A DNA stretch of 64,000 bases from Alphaproteobacteria bacterium (GCA_021776235.1 JAJFGG010000010.1:10478-74477); one strand, 5' to 3'; shown: positions 1-11,318, numbered from the stretch's first letter. Notes: generated from the letters alone by a model not told the origin. Made by a program: numbers and translations.

Positions 1-47
1 AACAGAACCTGGATTGCGATTGACGGATAGGCAGTCTGAATTCTCAT
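1..47 (-). CDS. possible 5' end of an unidentified gene running off the window start (only ~15 codons visible: MRIQTAYPSIAIQVL...)
   Basis: ATG at 47 on the minus strand. A GGAGGGGG Shine-Dalgarno-like run sits 5 nt upstream. Too short to assign a function. Confidence 0.2.
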   Translation of the reverse strand, partial: MRIQTAYPSIAIQVL

Positions 48-233
48 TGGTCCCCCTCCAAACGCCAGGGTCAATGCCCTCGACCAGTTTGCCGCCGCCA
101 TCTCACGATACGCTGAGAGAGTAACGACTACCATGAAACGACGACCTGCTCTGATTTCAGGTTGTTACCCAGCGAGTCTTGCCGACTTCGTCCCACCCAA
201 CGCATCGGGCCGGCCTGTTGGGCAACGTCTGAT

Positions 234-1442
234 CTAGGACCCTACCAGCGATTTCAACGCCCAGGTGGGAACATCTCCGGCGTTGGGTGGGCGGCTCTGC
301 CACGGATCGCGTTGCTTCGCGAGGGCGCGCCCCGCGTCGAAAGCCGCACGCATCTGGGTTGGGTCGAAGGCGAGCACGTCATTGCCAATATCAACGTCGT
401 CCGGAATTCCAACCATCTTGTAGGAATAGCCGAGAAACTTTGTCCCGAAGTAAGACCTTGTCAGAGCTGTTTGCATGGACTGTTCCATCATCACGCTGAC
501 GGTCTTCGCCGCGACGCTGCCAAGAGCCCGGACCAGGGCCACGGGCGGCTGCGTAACCCTGCCGTTGTCAATCAGGTACAAAGTGCCCGGACCGTGCAGG
601 GGAGGATTGGGTGTCCGCGTGCCACCCATTCCTGGCACCACCAGATTTGAACGGGCGGCCCCGTCAACGAACAAGTGGCCATCTATTTCCACCGGTGGAA
701 AAATGATGGGGAACGAGGCCGAGGCCAGCAATACCTTGCGATAGAGCTTTAAATCGCCCGCTTTCGCTATCAGCGACATATTCCAGACCCAGGTCTGGCC
801 GTAATCGATGTTGGTGGTGCCGACAAACAACATACGATTATTTTCATACGCCGCTGCCACCCGTTTCAATGTCTCCGCCGTAACATACTTGGCAATCAAC
901 GCGCCCAACGGAGCGGTGTTTCTGAGTGAATCGACTCCGGCCAGGATCTGGAAGATCCCCCTCCTTTCGTAGATATCGTCCTTCGTGATCCGCGTGTACA
1001 TCTCTTCCAACTTTGCGTCATCGGCCGGGGTGCCGAGAAAGGCGTGCGTCGCCAGCAATGCGCCTGTGCTGACGCCGCCTACGACATCGAACCGCGGCCG
1101 CCGTCCGCTCTCGCGCCAACCAATGAGGAAACCGGCCCCAAAGGCGCCGTTCTGACCGCCGCCGGAGAGGCTAAGCACGTTCAACGCGTGTCCGCTTTCG
1201 CGCTCCAGATAGCGTACGAAATTATCACCAGGAATGGCCGCTACATCGGCAAACATGGGCGAAAGTTGTTTTGGATTCAGCGGTTCGTATCCATTCTGCA
1301 AAACGGCGTACTTTGGCACGTTTAGAGAGAGTACCCGCTCAGGAGGCGATCCACAGGCGGCCAGAAGCAGCAAAGCCAAAAGGGCGACTATGTGAAGGGC
1401 CGTGAAGCGCGCTGGGGCTAACATTTCTAACCTGTCTCCCAT
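234..1442 (-). CDS. patatin-like phospholipase family lipoprotein
   Basis: 402-aa ORF. N-terminal signal/lipobox LLAACGSP. Gly-rich oxyanion motif GGGQNGAFGAG. GXSXG nucleophile motif GVSTG. Catalytic DGA in FVDGAARSN. Confidence 0.8.
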   Translation of the reverse strand: MGDRLEMLAPARFTALHIVALLALLLLAACGSPPERVLSLNVPKYAVLQNGYEPLNPKQLSPMFADVAAIPGDNFVRYLERESGHALNVLSLSGGGQNGAFGAGFLIGWRESGRRPRFDVVGGVSTGALLATHAFLGTPADDAKLEEMYTRITKDDIYERRGIFQILAGVDSLRNTAPLGALIAKYVTAETLKRVAAAYENNRMLFVGTTNIDYGQTWVWNMSLIAKAGDLKLYRKVLLASASFPIIFPPVEIDGHLFVDGAARSNLVVPGMGGTRTPNPPLHGPGTLYLIDNGRVTQPPVALVRALGSVAAKTVSVMMEQSMQTALTRSYFGTKFLGYSYKMVGIPDDVDIGNDVLAFDPTQMRAAFDAGRALAKQRDPWQSRPPNAGDVPTWALKSLVGS

Positions 1443-1570
1443 TAAGAAATTGAACAGCTAGGACTTAGCGTTGGTCCCAAAAGCAAACATCCAAATGCCA
1501 AAGCAACCAAGATCCAATGAGCATTCTGAACGAAAAGCAAGGGATCGCGGCCACGGCCCCTCTTTACATC

Positions 1571-3322
1571 TTACTCGCCAAACCCCGGGTCACCACCGGC
1601 GTCGAACGGCAACTTGTCAAGGTGCGAGATAAACTCCATCGGATCGAATGGCAGTTTCTTCATATCTACCGGCGGCTTGGATAAAGCAATTGTCGCCGGT
1701 CGCGCATTGGAGATGCCGGTGTACGCTGGTCCGCGTTTGTGGTGTCGATCGGGGTACTTCTGCTTCCAAAGCTCATGTCTGGCCCGCATGCGTTTGAACG
1801 GCTCCTTGAAATGAAATCCGCCGACGACGATCGGATTGACCTCTCGATGATCGTTCAAAAGATCGAAAACCGAAGTGATCCCGGATTTGGCTTGCCCCGG
1901 ATCGGCAGAGATCCAGTGCATTTTATAATGATCCTTTACAGTCGCCGCCAATTCTGGCCCCTGGTAGATAAATACGTGGTCGCGGTGACCATAGGTATCG
2001 CCCTTGAGCAGCAATGCGGTCTGATCAATGCCATCGATTATGCGGTCGGTTGGGATATTGTCTTTTGCCCCAGCCAATCGTGCGAAAGTGGTGAATAGAT
2101 CGGTCTGATGAATAATATCGCCAGCCACTTGACCAGGCTCGATCATGCCCGGCCACAAGGCCGCGGCTGGAACGCGAACGCCGCCTTCGGTATAGTCACC
2201 CTTACCACCGCGGAACATACCCTCACCGAGACCAGCACCAGCGGGTGGATTGTGGGTCATCGGCCCATTATCGGCCATGGCAACGATAAGTGTGTTTTCC
2301 GCTATGCCCAAATCTTCGAGAGTTTTGCGCAGGAGAGCAATGTCAGGTTCGATCACTCGCTGATAGTTTTCGCCTACCATGCCCCGCTGGAGCGTTACCT
2401 TTTTAGGGCTGGGAATGAATGAGATCCACAGGGGCCACCAGGCGACGTAAAATGGCCTTTTTGCTTCGGCGCTTTGTCGGATGAATTCGATGGCCCGTTT
2501 ACGTCCCTCGACATCAAAATCATTGTAATCCTTCAGTTCCTTGGAGCCGTTACGCCATTCCTTGGCCTGCTCGCCTTTTTTGCCTTCAAGATAGAAAACA
2601 TAGGCTTCATCTTGAACAAAATTCTTATCAAGCTGGTAGGGATTTTTGGCAAGAAGTTCTTCCTTCATCCCGATGGTCGCATTCGCGCCCTCGCCGATTT
2701 TGTTGTAAAGGCTGGTGACTTGGTTGTAGAGCGCCCAAAAAGCAACATCAAAACCCTGGTTATGGGGATAAGATTCCTCCGTATCGCCTAAATGCTGCTT
2801 GCCGAAGAAGCCTGTGGCATATCCTGCACCAGAGAGCACCTCGGCAATTGTGACGTTCTCTGCCGCCAATCCGGTATACTCAATTGGAAATCCGATCTCC
2901 CACGTTCCCGTTCGAATGGCAATCTGTCCCGTCAATGATGCCGAGCGGCTCGGCGTGCAACCTGGTTCGGTATACATCCGGGCAAACAACATACCTTCCG
3001 CTGCCAGTTTGTTCAGGTTTGGTGTGTCGTAGCCGCGGATCTTTTGATAAATCCGGTCGCCAAAGGCCATCGGGGGCTGATCGTCCCACATGTAGTGAAT
3101 GATATTTGGCGGTGTGCCGTATTTTTTCCTTAATGCTGCAAGCCTTTGATCCAACTCTTTACCTTCGACTTCCCAGACTTTTCCGTTCTGAGCCTCCAGT
3201 ATGTAGTACTCGGCGTCGTGGACGATACTGTTCGCCGCTACTGCCGAATTTGTTGCGCCAAACGCAATCGTAGCACTCGTAATTAGGCCGGCTAACCAAA
3301 AGCCAAATTGTCGCTGCTTCAT
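1571..3322 (-). CDS. arylsulfatase (Cys-type sulfatase family)
   Basis: 583 aa. N-terminal signal peptide. Sulfatase signature CTPSRSASLTGQ (C-X-P-X-R). Conserved GKQHLGD metal-binding region. Confidence 0.9.
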   Translation of the reverse strand: MKQRQFGFWLAGLITSATIAFGATNSAVAANSIVHDAEYYILEAQNGKVWEVEGKELDQRLAALRKKYGTPPNIIHYMWDDQPPMAFGDRIYQKIRGYDTPNLNKLAAEGMLFARMYTEPGCTPSRSASLTGQIAIRTGTWEIGFPIEYTGLAAENVTIAEVLSGAGYATGFFGKQHLGDTEESYPHNQGFDVAFWALYNQVTSLYNKIGEGANATIGMKEELLAKNPYQLDKNFVQDEAYVFYLEGKKGEQAKEWRNGSKELKDYNDFDVEGRKRAIEFIRQSAEAKRPFYVAWWPLWISFIPSPKKVTLQRGMVGENYQRVIEPDIALLRKTLEDLGIAENTLIVAMADNGPMTHNPPAGAGLGEGMFRGGKGDYTEGGVRVPAAALWPGMIEPGQVAGDIIHQTDLFTTFARLAGAKDNIPTDRIIDGIDQTALLLKGDTYGHRDHVFIYQGPELAATVKDHYKMHWISADPGQAKSGITSVFDLLNDHREVNPIVVGGFHFKEPFKRMRARHELWKQKYPDRHHKRGPAYTGISNARPATIALSKPPVDMKKLPFDPMEFISHLDKLPFDAGGDPGFGE

Positions 3323-3707
3323 ATTTGCCCCACTGAATTTGCATTAGAAGTATCTTTAAGATGCCAATACTGTTCAAGATCATTCTTAGAAAAATTGCTA
3401 GTCGACCCTATGTCTCCAATTGGCATACTTTAATGGCACTGGCTCCGAGCATCGAATTCCGCTCGCACCCCAATAGCGAGCCAAACCCGACAAATCGATG
3501 ACTGTCGGGCCTGACCCTTTGCCGCCGCTCGCGTAACTGAGATCCCGGCGGTGATGACCCAGATAGCAGTTCCTGAAATCCGGGCCGGATATCACACTGC
3601 CAGGACGTGGCCGCAGACCCGGCAGAGCTGGAGTACGCCTACACCTTGGTCTCGTGCAGTGATGGGATGGCTCATCGCCGCACAGGGTGCGCCGGTCGTG
3701 ATCAAAG

Positions 3708-5597
3708 TCAGTGCGCTGATCCGCCACCTAGACCACGTTCACAGAATATCTCGTATTTGACGCTAAAGGACGCCAATACCTCATCGATTTTTTGGATCAA
3801 TTCATCATTCTTGTTTGCGCCGCTCACAGTGACCGTGGCCAATGTGCCGTGAACATCGCTGGCGCCGGCCGCCACGGTAATTTCCACGCCGGCCGCCTCG
3901 GCCACCGGGACAAGCAATTCCGTAAAGACCCGTTCAATTGCGTCCCATCGCAAGGCGGGTTTGAAGATCTTGCCCACGGCGGTTTGCGGCATGGTATCCA
4001 AGAGAAACAAGTTGACCGGGTTGGCCGCGCGTTCGGGAATATGCTCCCGTGCAAACGCCTGCAGTTCCTCGGCGCTGGCCTGGGCCCCTGGTTTCAGCTG
4101 CACATAGGCGACAGGTAATTCACCGGCATAGGAATCCGGCTTGCCAATGGCGGCGGCCAATTCCACGGCAGGGTGCTGATGCAGGGTTTCCTCGATCACC
4201 GCCGGGTCAATGTTGTGGCCGCCGCGAATAATCAGGTCCTTGGCCCGCCCGGTCAGCCAAAGCCGGCCCGCGCCATCAAAGCGGCCAAGATCGCCCGAAT
4301 TCAGCCAGCCATCCGGCAACAAAGCGCCGGCATTGTATTGTTCCTGAACATAACCGGGCGTGACACTGGGGCCGCCAATGACCACGACGCCAATTTCGTC
4401 CACATCGCAGTCCCGCATGATGCGGCCATCATCGTCCAGTTGCACCGCCCTGACCTGGCAATGGGGCATGACGATACCGGCGCTGCCGACGGCCGGTTCG
4501 CCGTTTCGCGGCAGCATGGTGACGAAGGATGTCGTCTCGGTCATGCCGTAACCTTCCAGCAGGGGCTTGCCCAGGCGTTCGTTCAAGGCCCGTCCAACCT
4601 CCGTCGGCATGGGGGCGCCGCCCGTGAAACCATGGCGCAGCGACGAGATATCGGCGTTGCCAATGGGAATATTCAACAACGCGCCAAATACCGTCGGCAC
4701 GGTGCCTAAAATGGTAATCCGGTGCTGATGGATAATCTGCCACATATCGCGCACCGTGGACGGGTCGCGGTAGCCGTTGGGCGCAAGGACGACCAGTGTC
4801 GTGCCATGGGCCAGGGGCACCAGACCGCAGACGATGGAACCGCCGATGTGGAACAGCGGCAGGCCCGTGGTCAGGCTGTCATCGGGGCCATAATCGATAG
4901 CGGCGCCGGTACTCCAAATCTGGCAGGCCTGCATGTAGTGGGTATGCTGGGCCAGTTTCGGCGTGCCTGTGGTACCGCCGGTGTGGAAGTAGGACGCTAT
5001 ATCGTGCGGCTGGATCTGCCGGCCGCTGATCAGATGGTCATCGGGGTAGGCCGCCCGGGTTTCAGAAAAGGATTTGATCCCGTCCGCCAAATCGCCGCTC
5101 CCCACCTGAAAGGTCACGGTCAGTTCCGGCAGGGCGGCGCGCAAGGTCTCCACCTTGGCCCAGATTTCGGGGCTCAATTGCGGGCCGGCTGCAACCAGAA
5201 TTCTACAATTGGCTGCCTGCAGGATCTTTACGATCTGCCAATCCTCCAACATCGGATTGACCGCGTTGACGATGCCCGCCGCCTCGCCGCCCAGAATGGT
5301 GCAGTAAGCCTCTTCGCACAACGGCAGCAGGAAGGACACGACCTCTCCCGGGCGCAGACCGTGGTCGTGGAACATGTTCGCCGTTTGGTAACAGTCAGCC
5401 ATGAACCGGCCATAGCTGACCTGCCGCGGTGGCGCCTCGACATCACCGGGCAGCAGAAATTTCAACGCAATGTTGTCCGGGTCTTCCTCGGCGCGCAGGC
5501 GGATGGCGTCAAAGGCGTTGGTTGCGGTCAGCAGGTCTTCCAGCGGCGTCTGTTCCAGCGCCCTGGCATCGGCATTGTCACGGATCAGGCTGCGCAT
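3708..5597 (-). CDS. AMP-dependent acyl-CoA synthetase/ligase with ~90-aa C-terminal extension
   Basis: 629 aa. AMP-binding motif YFHTGGTTGTPK. GYGMTE motif. Conserved C-terminal Lys in VGKIFK. Has extra C-terminal residues not typical of the family. Confidence 0.85.
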   Translation of the reverse strand: MRSLIRDNADARALEQTPLEDLLTATNAFDAIRLRAEEDPDNIALKFLLPGDVEAPPRQVSYGRFMADCYQTANMFHDHGLRPGEVVSFLLPLCEEAYCTILGGEAAGIVNAVNPMLEDWQIVKILQAANCRILVAAGPQLSPEIWAKVETLRAALPELTVTFQVGSGDLADGIKSFSETRAAYPDDHLISGRQIQPHDIASYFHTGGTTGTPKLAQHTHYMQACQIWSTGAAIDYGPDDSLTTGLPLFHIGGSIVCGLVPLAHGTTLVVLAPNGYRDPSTVRDMWQIIHQHRITILGTVPTVFGALLNIPIGNADISSLRHGFTGGAPMPTEVGRALNERLGKPLLEGYGMTETTSFVTMLPRNGEPAVGSAGIVMPHCQVRAVQLDDDGRIMRDCDVDEIGVVVIGGPSVTPGYVQEQYNAGALLPDGWLNSGDLGRFDGAGRLWLTGRAKDLIIRGGHNIDPAVIEETLHQHPAVELAAAIGKPDSYAGELPVAYVQLKPGAQASAEELQAFAREHIPERAANPVNLFLLDTMPQTAVGKIFKPALRWDAIERVFTELLVPVAEAAGVEITVAAGASDVHGTLATVTVSGANKNDELIQKIDEVLASFSVKYEIFCERGLGGGSAH

Positions 5598-5708
5598 GGC
5601 TCACGACCTCCTGTTTGGCATCGTCTTGCACAAAGTAATCATCCAGTCAGGCATAACTTATCCTAGAGAATGTCGAGGCTGGCTGGGCTCTGGTCTCGGG
5701 CGAACAAA

Positions 5709-6365
5709 TCAGCCGTCCAGATCCAGCGCCGCCGCCACGACCATTCTGGTGACATTCTCGACCAAAAGATCAATCTCCCGATCCCTCAAATGCCATTGGC
5801 GGAACGGCATAAAAGCCGTCAGAAACACCACGACTTCGGCCAACAAGCTGTAGCGCCCATGATCATCCTCGCGGCCTGTCAGGCGCCCAATATCGAAGGC
5901 GACCTTATCCACCAGGTCGGCATCCCTTTGCAGCAGCCGGCGCCGGTCCTCCACCGGCAGTCGCCCCGCTTCACGGTAGGCCAGCAAAATCGCCTGTGAA
6001 TTCTCGCGCCATGCAAACTGCAGGAAATTGCTGATATAGCTTTCAAGGTCAGTCGCGCTCGCGGTGTTGAATTCGGCCCGCATCGCATTGTCCGCACTGG
6101 GATTGTGCATGCGGTCGAGGATCCTGCGCAGGATATCCTCCTTGCCTTTCACATAGTCGTAGATCGACGCCTGGTTGACGGCCGAACGAGCGCAAATATC
6201 GCGTATGGTGGTGCTGCCATAGCCTTTTTCCAGAAACAGACCGAGGGCGGCATCCATGATTTGCTGACGTCTTCGGCGAACCAGTTTGCCGTCCTTGATG
6301 CGGCCACCATAGTCGTCAGAATCCGTCTGATGAGCGGCAGACGATGTCTTTTTTGTTTCGGGCAT
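5709..6365 (-). CDS. TetR/AcrR family transcriptional regulator
   Basis: 218 aa. N-terminal HTH region GYGSTTIRDICARSAVNQASIYDYVKGKEDIL. Sits 3 nt downstream of the ABC ATPase gene. Confidence 0.8.
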   Translation of the reverse strand: MPETKKTSSAAHQTDSDDYGGRIKDGKLVRRRRQQIMDAALGLFLEKGYGSTTIRDICARSAVNQASIYDYVKGKEDILRRILDRMHNPSADNAMRAEFNTASATDLESYISNFLQFAWRENSQAILLAYREAGRLPVEDRRRLLQRDADLVDKVAFDIGRLTGREDDHGRYSLLAEVVVFLTAFMPFRQWHLRDREIDLLVENVTRMVVAAALDLDG

Positions 6366-6367
6366 TT

Positions 6368-7360
6368 TTAATCAAACAGGTGACAGGCGACCGAATGGCC
6401 ATTGGCGGCTTGCTTGATTTCCGGTTCCTCCGTCCTGCAGCGATCCGTCACATAAGGGCAACGTGGATGGAAATGACAGCCGCTGGGTGGATTCAACGGG
6501 CTGGGCACCTCTCCTTCCAGGAAGATATGCTCTCGCGCGGCCTCGGCCCTCGGATTGGGAATGGGAACGGCGGCGAGCAAAGCCTTGGTGTAGGGATGCT
6601 TTGGCTCGTGGTACAAATCCAGGCGGCTCGCGGACTCGACGATTTTACCCAGATACATGACCACGATCCGGTCGGAGATATGGCGCACAACCGCAAGATC
6701 ATGGGCGATAAAAAGATAGGTCAGGCCCAGCCGTTCCTGCAGCTCTTCCAGGATGTTGATGACCTGCGCCTGGATAGAGACATCAAGCGCCGAAACGGGC
6801 TCGTCACAGACGATAAAGTCAGGATTTACGGCAAGGGCGCGGGCGATCCCGATACGCTGTCGCTGGCCGCCGGAAAACTCATGCGGGTAGCGGCCCCGCA
6901 TGGCGGGGTCCAGGCCGACTATTTCCAACAATTCCGCTATTCTTTCGTCGAATTCGGCGCGGCTACCCGCCATGTCGTGCACCACAAGCGGCTCGCCAAC
7001 TATGGTAGCGATGGACATCCGGGGATTCAGCGAGCCAAAAGGATCCTGATAGATCATTTGCATACGGCGGCGGACCGACCGCATTTCCGTCTTTGTATAA
7101 TTGGCGATGTTTTCGCCTTCGAAAATGATTTCTCCCGCCGTGACGGGCAACATGCGCAGGATCGCCAGGCCGGTGGTGGATTTGCCACAGCCGCTTTCAC
7201 CCACGAGGCCGACCGTTTCGCCGCGGTGCGCATGAAAACTGATGCCGTCAACGGCCTTTATGTCGCCGATGTGCCGCTTGAACAGGATGCCCTTTGCCAC
7301 CGGAAAGTGCACTTTGAGGTCACGCACCTCGAGAATTCGTTCTTCATTGCCCGTTGACAT
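6368..7360 (-). CDS. ABC transporter ATP-binding protein, DppF/OppF-like (system 1)
   Basis: Walker [13 protein letters not shown] signature LSGGQRQR. Walker [14 protein letters not shown]-terminal oligopeptide-type extension. Start chosen at [19 protein letters not shown], which overlaps the upstream ATPase stop by ~17 nt. The ORF track extends to 7504. Confidence 0.85.
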   Translation of the reverse strand: MSTGNEERILEVRDLKVHFPVAKGILFKRHIGDIKAVDGISFHAHRGETVGLVGESGCGKSTTGLAILRMLPVTAGEIIFEGENIANYTKTEMRSVRRRMQMIYQDPFGSLNPRMSIATIVGEPLVVHDMAGSRAEFDERIAELLEIVGLDPAMRGRYPHEFSGGQRQRIGIARALAVNPDFIVCDEPVSALDVSIQAQVINILEELQERLGLTYLFIAHDLAVVRHISDRIVVMYLGKIVESASRLDLYHEPKHPYTKALLAAVPIPNPRAEAAREHIFLEGEVPSPLNPPSGCHFHPRCPYVTDRCRTEEPEIKQAANGHSVACHLFD

Positions 7361-8321
7361 CAATCCAACACGCCTTCTTATGTTCATCAGCAACGGTTTC
7401 CAGTTCCGGGCGCTCCACGGCGCATCTGTCAATGGCATGGCGGCAACGCGGCCGAAATGGGCAACCGGGCGGGAGTTTCGCGAGATTTGGCGGCTGGCCT
7501 TCAATGGGGATCAGCTTTTCCTTGACGTCGTCATCCAGGTTCGGAATAGACGCCATGAGGCCGATGGTATAGGGGTGGCGCGGATCATCGTAGATACTGA
7601 TCGCGGTGCCGGATTCCACGATGCGTCCGGCGTACATCACGTTGACATGATCGGCGTACCGCGCCACTACGCCAAGATCATGGGTAATCAGGATCTGTGC
7701 GGCCCCTTGTTCCTGGGTCAGTTCCTTCAATAATTCCAGAACCTGCGCCTGCACTGTGACATCCAGTGCCGTGGTGGGTTCATCCGAGATGATCAGCTTT
7801 GGACTGCAGGATAGCGCCATGGCAATCATCACCCGTTGCCGCATGCCGCCTGAAAACTGATGCGGATAATCGCGCGCACGATTTTCACCGTCGGAAATTT
7901 GCACCTTGGCCAAAAGCTCGACGCAGCGGGCCATGGCGGCGTCCCGTGGCAAATTCTTGTGCACCTCGATGGGTTCGGCGACTTGTTCGCCAATGGTCAA
8001 AACCGGATTAAGGCTTGTCATTGGTTCCTGAAAGATCATGGCGATTTGATTACCCCGGACTTCGCGCACTTCTTCATCGCTCAATTCCAGCAGATCGCGG
8101 CCATCGAAAATGACCTCCCCATCGATAATTTCGCCCGGGGGACTGGGGATCAGGCCAAGTATGGAGAGCGCGGTAATGCTCTTGCCGGAGCCGCTTTCAC
8201 CGACAATGGCAAGGGTTTCGCCAGCCTGCACATCGAAACTGACGCCGTCCACGGCCTTCACGACTCCCGCATCCGTGAAGAAATGGGTCTTCAGGTTTTT
8301 GACTTGCAGAATGGCTGGCAC
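7344..8321 (-). CDS. ABC transporter ATP-binding protein, DppD/OppD-like (system 1)
   Basis: Walker A GESGSGKS. Signature FSGGMRQR. Walker [13 protein letters not shown]. Confidence 0.85.
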   Translation of the reverse strand: MPAILQVKNLKTHFFTDAGVVKAVDGVSFDVQAGETLAIVGESGSGKSITALSILGLIPSPPGEIIDGEVIFDGRDLLELSDEEVREVRGNQIAMIFQEPMTSLNPVLTIGEQVAEPIEVHKNLPRDAAMARCVELLAKVQISDGENRARDYPHQFSGGMRQRVMIAMALSCSPKLIISDEPTTALDVTVQAQVLELLKELTQEQGAAQILITHDLGVVARYADHVNVMYAGRIVESGTAISIYDDPRHPYTIGLMASIPNLDDDVKEKLIPIEGQPPNLAKLPPGCPFRPRCRHAIDRCAVERPELETVADEHKKACWIDVNGQ

Positions 8322-8472
8322 GAAAAAATCCTCTTGCGCTCAAAATGGCGGGCAATTCAAGCGCCGGCAAACTCGGGTCTATGGAATAATCAAATGAATG
8401 ACGATGCCGTGGCCGGGATGTGGGCCATTTGCCCACATCCCGGTGCGTCCACGATCATGGTAAGCGACAGGC

Positions 8473-10179
8473 TTAGAAACCCATCTTTTTCTTCATCTCC
8501 TGATCGATCCAGATCCGGGCATAAATCGGGCCTGGACGAACCGCGCCCACGCGCAATTCACCATTGTAGTTTTTCACCCATGGCCAATGGGCGCGATAGA
8601 ACACATCGGTCGGCAACCAGACATGGGGAACCTTTTCCTCGATAATGTAGCGGTTCAGGGCGACGAGTTCGCCTTGTGCCTTCGCCTCGTCGGTTTCCTT
8701 CGACATCGCCGTCCAACGTTTGTCAAAGCCTTCGTCCGCATGCATCGCCGGGTTCCAGGTCTGTCCGCTCACAAAACTCTTGCGCAGCACCTGAATTGGG
8801 TTGCCGCTGCCGTTGTTCATCAGATAACCGACGGACTGGGTCTCCTTGCGCATCTGTGAGCGGAAGGCGGCATATTCCAGCGGCTTGAGATCTATGGTGA
8901 CGCCAATCCGCTGATAATAAGCCTGCAGCATGGGAACCAGATCAACGTGATAGGGCGAACATGTGCAATACATCATCTCGAATGTAAGGCCATCCGGATA
9001 ACCGGCTTCCGCCAACAGGGCCTTGGCCTTCTTCGGGGCGTAGCTGAACAGCTCCTGACCCTTGGGCGAAAGCTTGTCGATCGGCGTATAGACGCTTTTC
9101 CAGGCGCTCGAGAACGGATAATTCAACGACGAGCCATCGCCATTCAGCAAGGTTTGCAGGATCTCCGGCTGGTTCACCGCCAGGTTCATCGCGCGGCGGA
9201 CCCGAACGTCGTTGAACGGCTTCTTGTCGTTGCGCAACGCAATGAACGTGCCCGTCGTGGACAGGCCTTTCTTTAGAACAAGCTCGGGCGCGGATTTCTT
9301 CAATTCATCCACGAACTGCCAGCGGATATTCTCCATGATGTCCGCTTTACCCGTGCGGATATTGGCAATCGCGGTCGCTTCGTCCTTGACCAAATGATAG
9401 ACCAGCTTGTTATTGAGCGGGAGCTTGTATGACTTGCCGCCGATTTTCGCACTGTCCCAATAGTCGTCGTTCTTGACATAGGTCTGATGGCTCGATTTCA
9501 CGACTTCCGTCACCTTGTAGGGACCGGAACCGATCGCATTCTTCCAATCGGCCCGCGCCTTGTCTTCAAGCTTGTGATACTCGGGGGGCAAAATAGCCGA
9601 GAAATAACCCCAGGCCAGGCGATAGGCCCAGTTGGCGTTGTATTCGTTCAGATGGGCGATGACCGTGTGCTTGTCTTTCGCTTCCCATCGGTCGATGAAG
9701 GCCCAGTAGTTGGGGATTTTGCGTTTCAACGTCCACATATGGGTGAAATGGTAGGCCACGTCGTCGGCGACGATTTCACGCTTTTCCATGACCCCCGGCT
9801 TCGTGGGCCAATACACACCCTTGCGGAGCTTGAACACCAGCTGCAGCGGATCTTTCTTCAGTTCAACGCTTTCAGCGATTTCACCGCGCATTTGATCCGG
9901 CGGGATATAGGCCTGAGCGACAAAATCATTGTCGTTGCTGCCACCCGGTCCGCGCGCTAAATCACCCGCGAACAGTTGATCCAGATGCAAACCATCATGG
10001 TTTTCCTTCCATATCCATTTTTGATAATCCCAGGACAGCGCGTTCAGCGTCCGGTAGTAGGATATGACATTTACCGTGCCACCCAGCTGTGGTTCCTCGG
10101 CGGAAGCGGCGCTGACCGCCCCCAGCGAAATGGTCGCGGCACATGCCCCGACCAGCCATTGTTTGATAGTCGACCTCAT
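8473..10179 (-). CDS. ABC transporter substrate-binding protein, family 5 (peptide/nickel type) (system 1)
   Basis: 568 aa. Signal peptide ending AASA. Length and overall composition typical of SBP_bac_5. Confidence 0.8.
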   Translation of the reverse strand: MRSTIKQWLVGACAATISLGAVSAASAEEPQLGGTVNVISYYRTLNALSWDYQKWIWKENHDGLHLDQLFAGDLARGPGGSNDNDFVAQAYIPPDQMRGEIAESVELKKDPLQLVFKLRKGVYWPTKPGVMEKREIVADDVAYHFTHMWTLKRKIPNYWAFIDRWEAKDKHTVIAHLNEYNANWAYRLAWGYFSAILPPEYHKLEDKARADWKNAIGSGPYKVTEVVKSSHQTYVKNDDYWDSAKIGGKSYKLPLNNKLVYHLVKDEATAIANIRTGKADIMENIRWQFVDELKKSAPELVLKKGLSTTGTFIALRNDKKPFNDVRVRRAMNLAVNQPEILQTLLNGDGSSLNYPFSSAWKSVYTPIDKLSPKGQELFSYAPKKAKALLAEAGYPDGLTFEMMYCTCSPYHVDLVPMLQAYYQRIGVTIDLKPLEYAAFRSQMRKETQSVGYLMNNGSGNPIQVLRKSFVSGQTWNPAMHADEGFDKRWTAMSKETDEAKAQGELVALNRYIIEEKVPHVWLPTDVFYRAHWPWVKNYNGELRVGAVRPGPIYARIWIDQEMKKKMGF

Positions 10180-10268
10180 TGTATTCCTCCTGTCATGAGA
10201 TATTGGCGATGTAGTGCTTGATCAAAGTCCGTCTCTACCTTTCGAAATTCACCTGCACAGCTTGCCAT

Positions 10269-11255
10269 TCAGGTCCTCCGCTTGTTCCGGGGCTTGCCGC
10301 CGCCGTAGCGGCCGCCGCCGCCGCGCAGCCGGGGGTCAAGTAAATCCCGCAAGGCGTCGCCAAACATGTTGATGCCGTACACAACGATTGTCAGCGCAAC
10401 GCCGGGCAGAATGGCCAGCCATGGGGCCAGAAACATATAGCTCTTGCCTTCGATGCTGAGCATGCCGCCCCAACTGGGGGCTGGTGGCGGGATGCCCAGA
10501 CCTAGGAAACTCAAACCGGACTCCGCCAGGATCACCGCCGCCAGGCGCGTGGTGAACAGCACGATCACCGGCGCCATGATGTTGGGCAGGATATGGCGCA
10601 GCAATATGCGCGGCGTCGAAGCGCCGATCGTTTGCGCCGCGTGCACATACATATTCTCCCGGGTCGACAAAACGGCGCCGCGCACAATTCGCGAACCGGC
10701 AATGCCGTACAGCAGTCCCAGCACCAGAATGACCTGCCACATACCCGGCCCGAGAATCGAGACCGCCACAATCAGTATGATCAGGTCCGGGAAGCTCATC
10801 CAGGCATCGACAAATCGCTGTGATGCCATGTCAATCCGGCCGCCAAAGAAGCCGGCCATCAGGCCCAGGGTAAGTGAAATGATGATGGACAGCGTCGTCG
10901 CCGAAAACGCAATGATGACGGAAATCCGCGCCCCATACACAATGCGGGAAAAGACATCCCGGCCAAGCTGGTCCGAGCCCAGCAGGTAGGTGCCCGTTTG
11001 CTTGTTGAAATCAGCGTCGAAGTAGGTGTATTCGCCACCCGGCGGCTTCAATTTATCCAGGGGATGAATAACGTTGAAACCCTCCGTCGCTATGAAGTCC
11101 GCGAATATCCCGGTCAACAGAAGAATAAGGAAGATAATTGCGCCAAAGGCGCCCAGGGGCTTCTCGCGAAAAAGTCGCCCAAGAAACTCGAGCACAAGGC
11201 TCCGCGGCCTGCTTGTTTTCGCCAATCCTTGTGCCGATGCTGTCGCTTCCGTCAT
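10269..11255 (-). CDS. ABC transporter permease, DppC/OppC-like (system 1)
   Basis: 328 aa. Multi-TM protein. Conserved EAA-type loop region (AAQTIGASTPRILLRHILPN). Confidence 0.85.
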   Translation of the reverse strand: MTEATASAQGLAKTSRPRSLVLEFLGRLFREKPLGAFGAIIFLILLLTGIFADFIATEGFNVIHPLDKLKPPGGEYTYFDADFNKQTGTYLLGSDQLGRDVFSRIVYGARISVIIAFSATTLSIIISLTLGLMAGFFGGRIDMASQRFVDAWMSFPDLIILIVAVSILGPGMWQVILVLGLLYGIAGSRIVRGAVLSTRENMYVHAAQTIGASTPRILLRHILPNIMAPVIVLFTTRLAAVILAESGLSFLGLGIPPPAPSWGGMLSIEGKSYMFLAPWLAILPGVALTIVVYGINMFGDALRDLLDPRLRGGGGRYGGGKPRNKRRT

Positions 11256-11318
11256 GTACCTGTTTAGCCTCGCTGCCGGAAATTCGGAAAACCGTTGGAA
11301 TAGTTATCGCGGTGTCAA

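Noticed and set aside
162-650. 162-aa plus-strand ORF
   Set aside because: Lies entirely antisense to the well-supported patatin-like gene. Typical high-GC shadow ORF (Arg/Pro/Gly-rich), no RBS and no motif.
3398-3727. 109-aa ORF in the sulfatase/ACS spacer
   Set aside because: Arg-rich and unstructured. No start context. Likely non-coding 3' UTR/terminator region. A hairpin CCCGACA-N10-TGTCGGG is present but was not called as a terminator.
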